Made by a program: the position numbers and the translations under genes. A DNA stretch of 32,000 nt from Vibrio vulnificus CMCP6. Its GTDB lineage: Bacteria > Pseudomonadota > Gammaproteobacteria > Enterobacterales > Vibrionaceae. The stretch covers positions 1,080,001 through 1,112,000 of the forward strand of contig NC_004460.2 in NCBI RefSeq assembly GCF_000039765.1. The letters run 5' to 3'. The notes beneath the pieces were generated by a model. That model was not told where the DNA came from. It searched no databases and saw only the letters and a list, made by a program, of their open reading frames with translations. Shown one piece after another: positions 29,549 through 32,000 of this stretch (position 1 is the first letter of the stretch; each line of letters begins with the position of its first letter).

Positions 29549-30328
29549 ATGAGCAATAAAGATTTATCAAAAATGGGCGCGGCAAAAGTATCGCTCGTCA
29601 ACCACCATGGCCAACCTTGTATTCAAAAGCAGGGCGCTTCAGCGGTTGAAATTCACTTTTATCAACATGCAGCAGACAAACTTACCGGTGTGAACACACC
29701 TCGCTTGTTGGACGTGTGTAACGATACCTTGTATATCGAACAGATTCCTCACCAAGTGACCCTGGCCGACTTGCTTAAAAATACAAACACTTTTGAGCAG
29801 TTAGCAAGTATTCATCAAACACAATATCGCCCAGACTTCGCTGTAAAAACACACCGTTGGCAAGCCGAAGACACCGAGAAAGCATTACGCTCGCTGGCAC
29901 TATCTAATCAAAATGCAAACAGCATACGCGCACTACAAACCATCAGTGGCGAGATCTTCGAACACGACGGCTTGATCTCAGGTGATTCTAACGAGGGCAA
30001 TTGGGGCACTCGCGCCTCAGGAGAACTGGTTTTGTTTGATTGGGAACGTTTTGGCTTGGGCAGCCCTGCGATTGATCTGGCGCCGTTAGTACGTGGCCTT
30101 GGTAAACTCACTGACTACCATGCTATCGCAAGTCTGTATCGCCAACACAACCCTCGCCTATCCAACGACACCCTTGTTCGGCAACTGATCTTGGTAAAAG
30201 GATGGCTCATCGTTGAAGTGACCAATTTGCTCGTTAGCCGAGAAAAACAAGAGGCCAAGATGTACATCGATTGGTACCGTAAACAGATACCAAACTGGCT
30301 CAAAGAAGTCGAATCAGGATTGTCGTAA
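29549..30328 (+). CDS. APH/choline-kinase-like phosphotransferase family protein
   Basis: ISGDSNEGNWGTRASGELVLFDWERFGLGSPAIDLAPLVRGL matches the D-x4-N catalytic loop and DWE metal-binding region of the family. Confidence 0.75.
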   Translation: MSNKDLSKMGAAKVSLVNHHGQPCIQKQGASAVEIHFYQHAADKLTGVNTPRLLDVCNDTLYIEQIPHQVTLADLLKNTNTFEQLASIHQTQYRPDFAVKTHRWQAEDTEKALRSLALSNQNANSIRALQTISGEIFEHDGLISGDSNEGNWGTRASGELVLFDWERFGLGSPAIDLAPLVRGLGKLTDYHAIASLYRQHNPRLSNDTLVRQLILVKGWLIVEVTNLLVSREKQEAKMYIDWYRKQIPNWLKEVESGLS

Positions 30329-30335
30329 CACAACG

Positions 30336-30363
30336 AAAAACGCTCACCGAAGTGAGCGTTTTT
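30336..30363. terminator. Bidirectional intrinsic terminator between convergent genes
   Basis: AAAAACGCTCAC(30336-30347)-CGAA-GTGAGCGTTTTT(30352-30363), symmetric A/T flanks. Confidence 0.92.
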
Positions 30364-30383
30364 GATATTCGAGTGTGTTTGGC

Positions 30384-31583
30384 TTAGCCAATCATGCGTT
30401 CGCTGCTTGCAACAAATTCATTCAGCGCAATAGTTTGAGCGCGTTTAAAGAAGTTAAAATCGGTCGCGGTTGCACTGGTGTAGGCACCCATGGTGCGGCC
30501 AATTACCAAATCGCCATTGTTCAATTTTGGCAGCAGAATGTTTTCTGCAATCACATCCACGCTGTCGCACGTTGGGCCAGAAAGTACGCTTGGGATCAGC
30601 TCGCCACCTTGTTTGATGGTGGTGAGCGGATAACGCGCATCGTCAAACATCAAACCACTGAACGAGCCATAAATACCGTCATCCAAGTAGTACCAAATTT
30701 GCCCTTCACGCTCGGCTTGCCCCATCACTGAAGCCACACTGGTCACCGCAGGTGCACAGATAAAGCGACCCGGTTCAGCCAAAACGTGGACCGTTTCTGG
30801 CAACAAGCTTAGCGCTTCATTAATTGGCGCGCAGAATTGATCAATCGGCATCACTTGTTGGGTGTAGTTCACAGGGAAGCCACCACCAATATCAAGCGTG
30901 CTCAACGCTGGCAAACCGCGTTCAACCACTTGTTCCATCACATGTCGGCAAGTGTGGATCGCTTCAACATACTTGTTTGGGTTAGTAGTTTGTGAGCCCA
31001 CATGGAACGACAAACCTTTGATGCGAATATTCCACTCTTTTGCCGTTTCGATGATCACTAATGCCTGCTCTGGTGAACAACCAAACTTCTTCGACAAGTC
31101 AGCAAACGCTTCTGAATTGCGGAAGCTCAAGCGCACCAATAACTCGACGTCATCGCGATACGCTTTGAATTTTTCCAGTTCATTCAAGTTATCCACTACA
31201 AATACGTTGCAACCGTAAGCCAGTGCATCACGAATATCGGCATCACGCTTGATTGGGTGAGTGTGGATAGTGAGATCCGCCGGTACGCCTTCAGAAGCGA
31301 CCAACTCCACTTCCCCTGTTGTTGCAAGGTCGAAACTCGCCCCTTCTGCTAACAAAGTACGCACCACCACTGGGTGTGGCAGCGGTTTTAATGCGTAGTG
31401 CAGCGTCACGTTTGGCAACGCGTTTTTCAAAGCGCGGTACTGCTGACGAATCACATCGCAGTCCAATAGCAAGAGTGGCGCACCAAATTGCTCAACCGAC
31501 GCTTCGATCAAGTGGATTTCTTCTGCGCTTAGCACTGGTGAAGTTAGTGAATGAATATCAAAAATAGATTGTGAATGTGCCAT
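30384..31583 (-). CDS. PLP-dependent fold-III decarboxylase (ornithine/lysine decarboxylase type)
   Basis: LHYALKPLPHPVVVRTLLAEGASFDLATTGEVELV (PLP Lys), GLSFHVGSQ, LDIGGGFPV, LAEPGRFICAPAV, LSGPTCDSVDVI...LVIGRTMGAYT. ATG at 31583. Confidence 0.88.
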   Translation of the reverse strand: MAHSQSIFDIHSLTSPVLSAEEIHLIEASVEQFGAPLLLLDCDVIRQQYRALKNALPNVTLHYALKPLPHPVVVRTLLAEGASFDLATTGEVELVASEGVPADLTIHTHPIKRDADIRDALAYGCNVFVVDNLNELEKFKAYRDDVELLVRLSFRNSEAFADLSKKFGCSPEQALVIIETAKEWNIRIKGLSFHVGSQTTNPNKYVEAIHTCRHVMEQVVERGLPALSTLDIGGGFPVNYTQQVMPIDQFCAPINEALSLLPETVHVLAEPGRFICAPAVTSVASVMGQAEREGQIWYYLDDGIYGSFSGLMFDDARYPLTTIKQGGELIPSVLSGPTCDSVDVIAENILLPKLNNGDLVIGRTMGAYTSATATDFNFFKRAQTIALNEFVASSERMIG

Positions 31584-32000
31584 AGCAAACCTCCAAAGTA
31601 ATGGGGCACTTTTCATACATAAGAGATGAATGGGTATGAAAAGTGGAGCGTCAATAAAAGCGCTGGTGCGCCGTCAAAGTCACTCTTGGATAGTTGCTCT
31701 ATCGCCTTGCCACATAAAACAGCTGTGATGTACTCGGATTGGCTATCATCAAGAAGCGATGCGATAGTAAGGTCATAATTTACTCAGCGCAATAAAAAAT
31801 GTCCCAAGAAAGGTAACAATTTTTTGTTGTCAGGATTACATCTCGCAATGGATAAATATTTATATAATTTGCTTATATATTTAGGTTGGCGTGTTTAAAG
31901 GAATGAAGTAGCCCACCAACTTTAGAAATAGGGTTTGTGCTCACCGAACATCACTTGAGCCAAACGGACGAATGGGTAAAAATCAACGTTTCAGCAGCGC

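Overview
This window looks like Vibrio chromosomal DNA; the taxon is an inference from gene content, not proven. Contents left to right: (1) the C-terminal end of an outer-membrane beta-barrel protein; (2) a minus-strand GGDEF diguanylate cyclase; (3) a decayed choloylglycine hydrolase / penicillin-acylase-like gene fragment in a poorly coding region; (4) a DnaQ-like 3'-5' exonuclease; (5) a tightly packed five-gene minus-strand ABC efflux operon (HlyD/MacA adaptor, TolC-like outer membrane factor, two MacB/FtsX-type permeases, ATPase); (6) a conserved-looking acidic protein with two CxxC motifs; (7) a Fur-box-preceded iron locus: FhuF-like ferric-siderophore reductase, fhuC/D/B-type ABC importer, GntR-family regulator, and IutA ferric-aerobactin receptor; (8) a nine-gene minus-strand amino-sugar (N-acetylgalactosamine/galactosamine, aga-type) operon: DeoR regulator, KbaZ, AgaS, mannose-family PTS IIB/IIC/IID/IIA, deacetylase, KbaY, followed upstream by a second paralogous DeoR regulator; (9) an EamA transporter with an AraC regulator; (10) an APH/choline-kinase-like protein; (11) a fold-III PLP ornithine/lysine-type decarboxylase. 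I see no CRISPR array, tRNA/rRNA, transposase or phage genes, and no convincing undescribed multi-gene defence or mobile system. The most interesting items are regulatory or evolutionary: a dense CTTTC/GAAAG operator-like cluster between two paralogous DeoR regulators, a terminator-shaped hairpin inside the PTS operon, the choloylglycine-hydrolase remnant retaining exact catalytic spacing, a pyrimidine-rich intergenic tract upstream of iutA, and a mini-ORF overlapping the Fur box of the importer operon.
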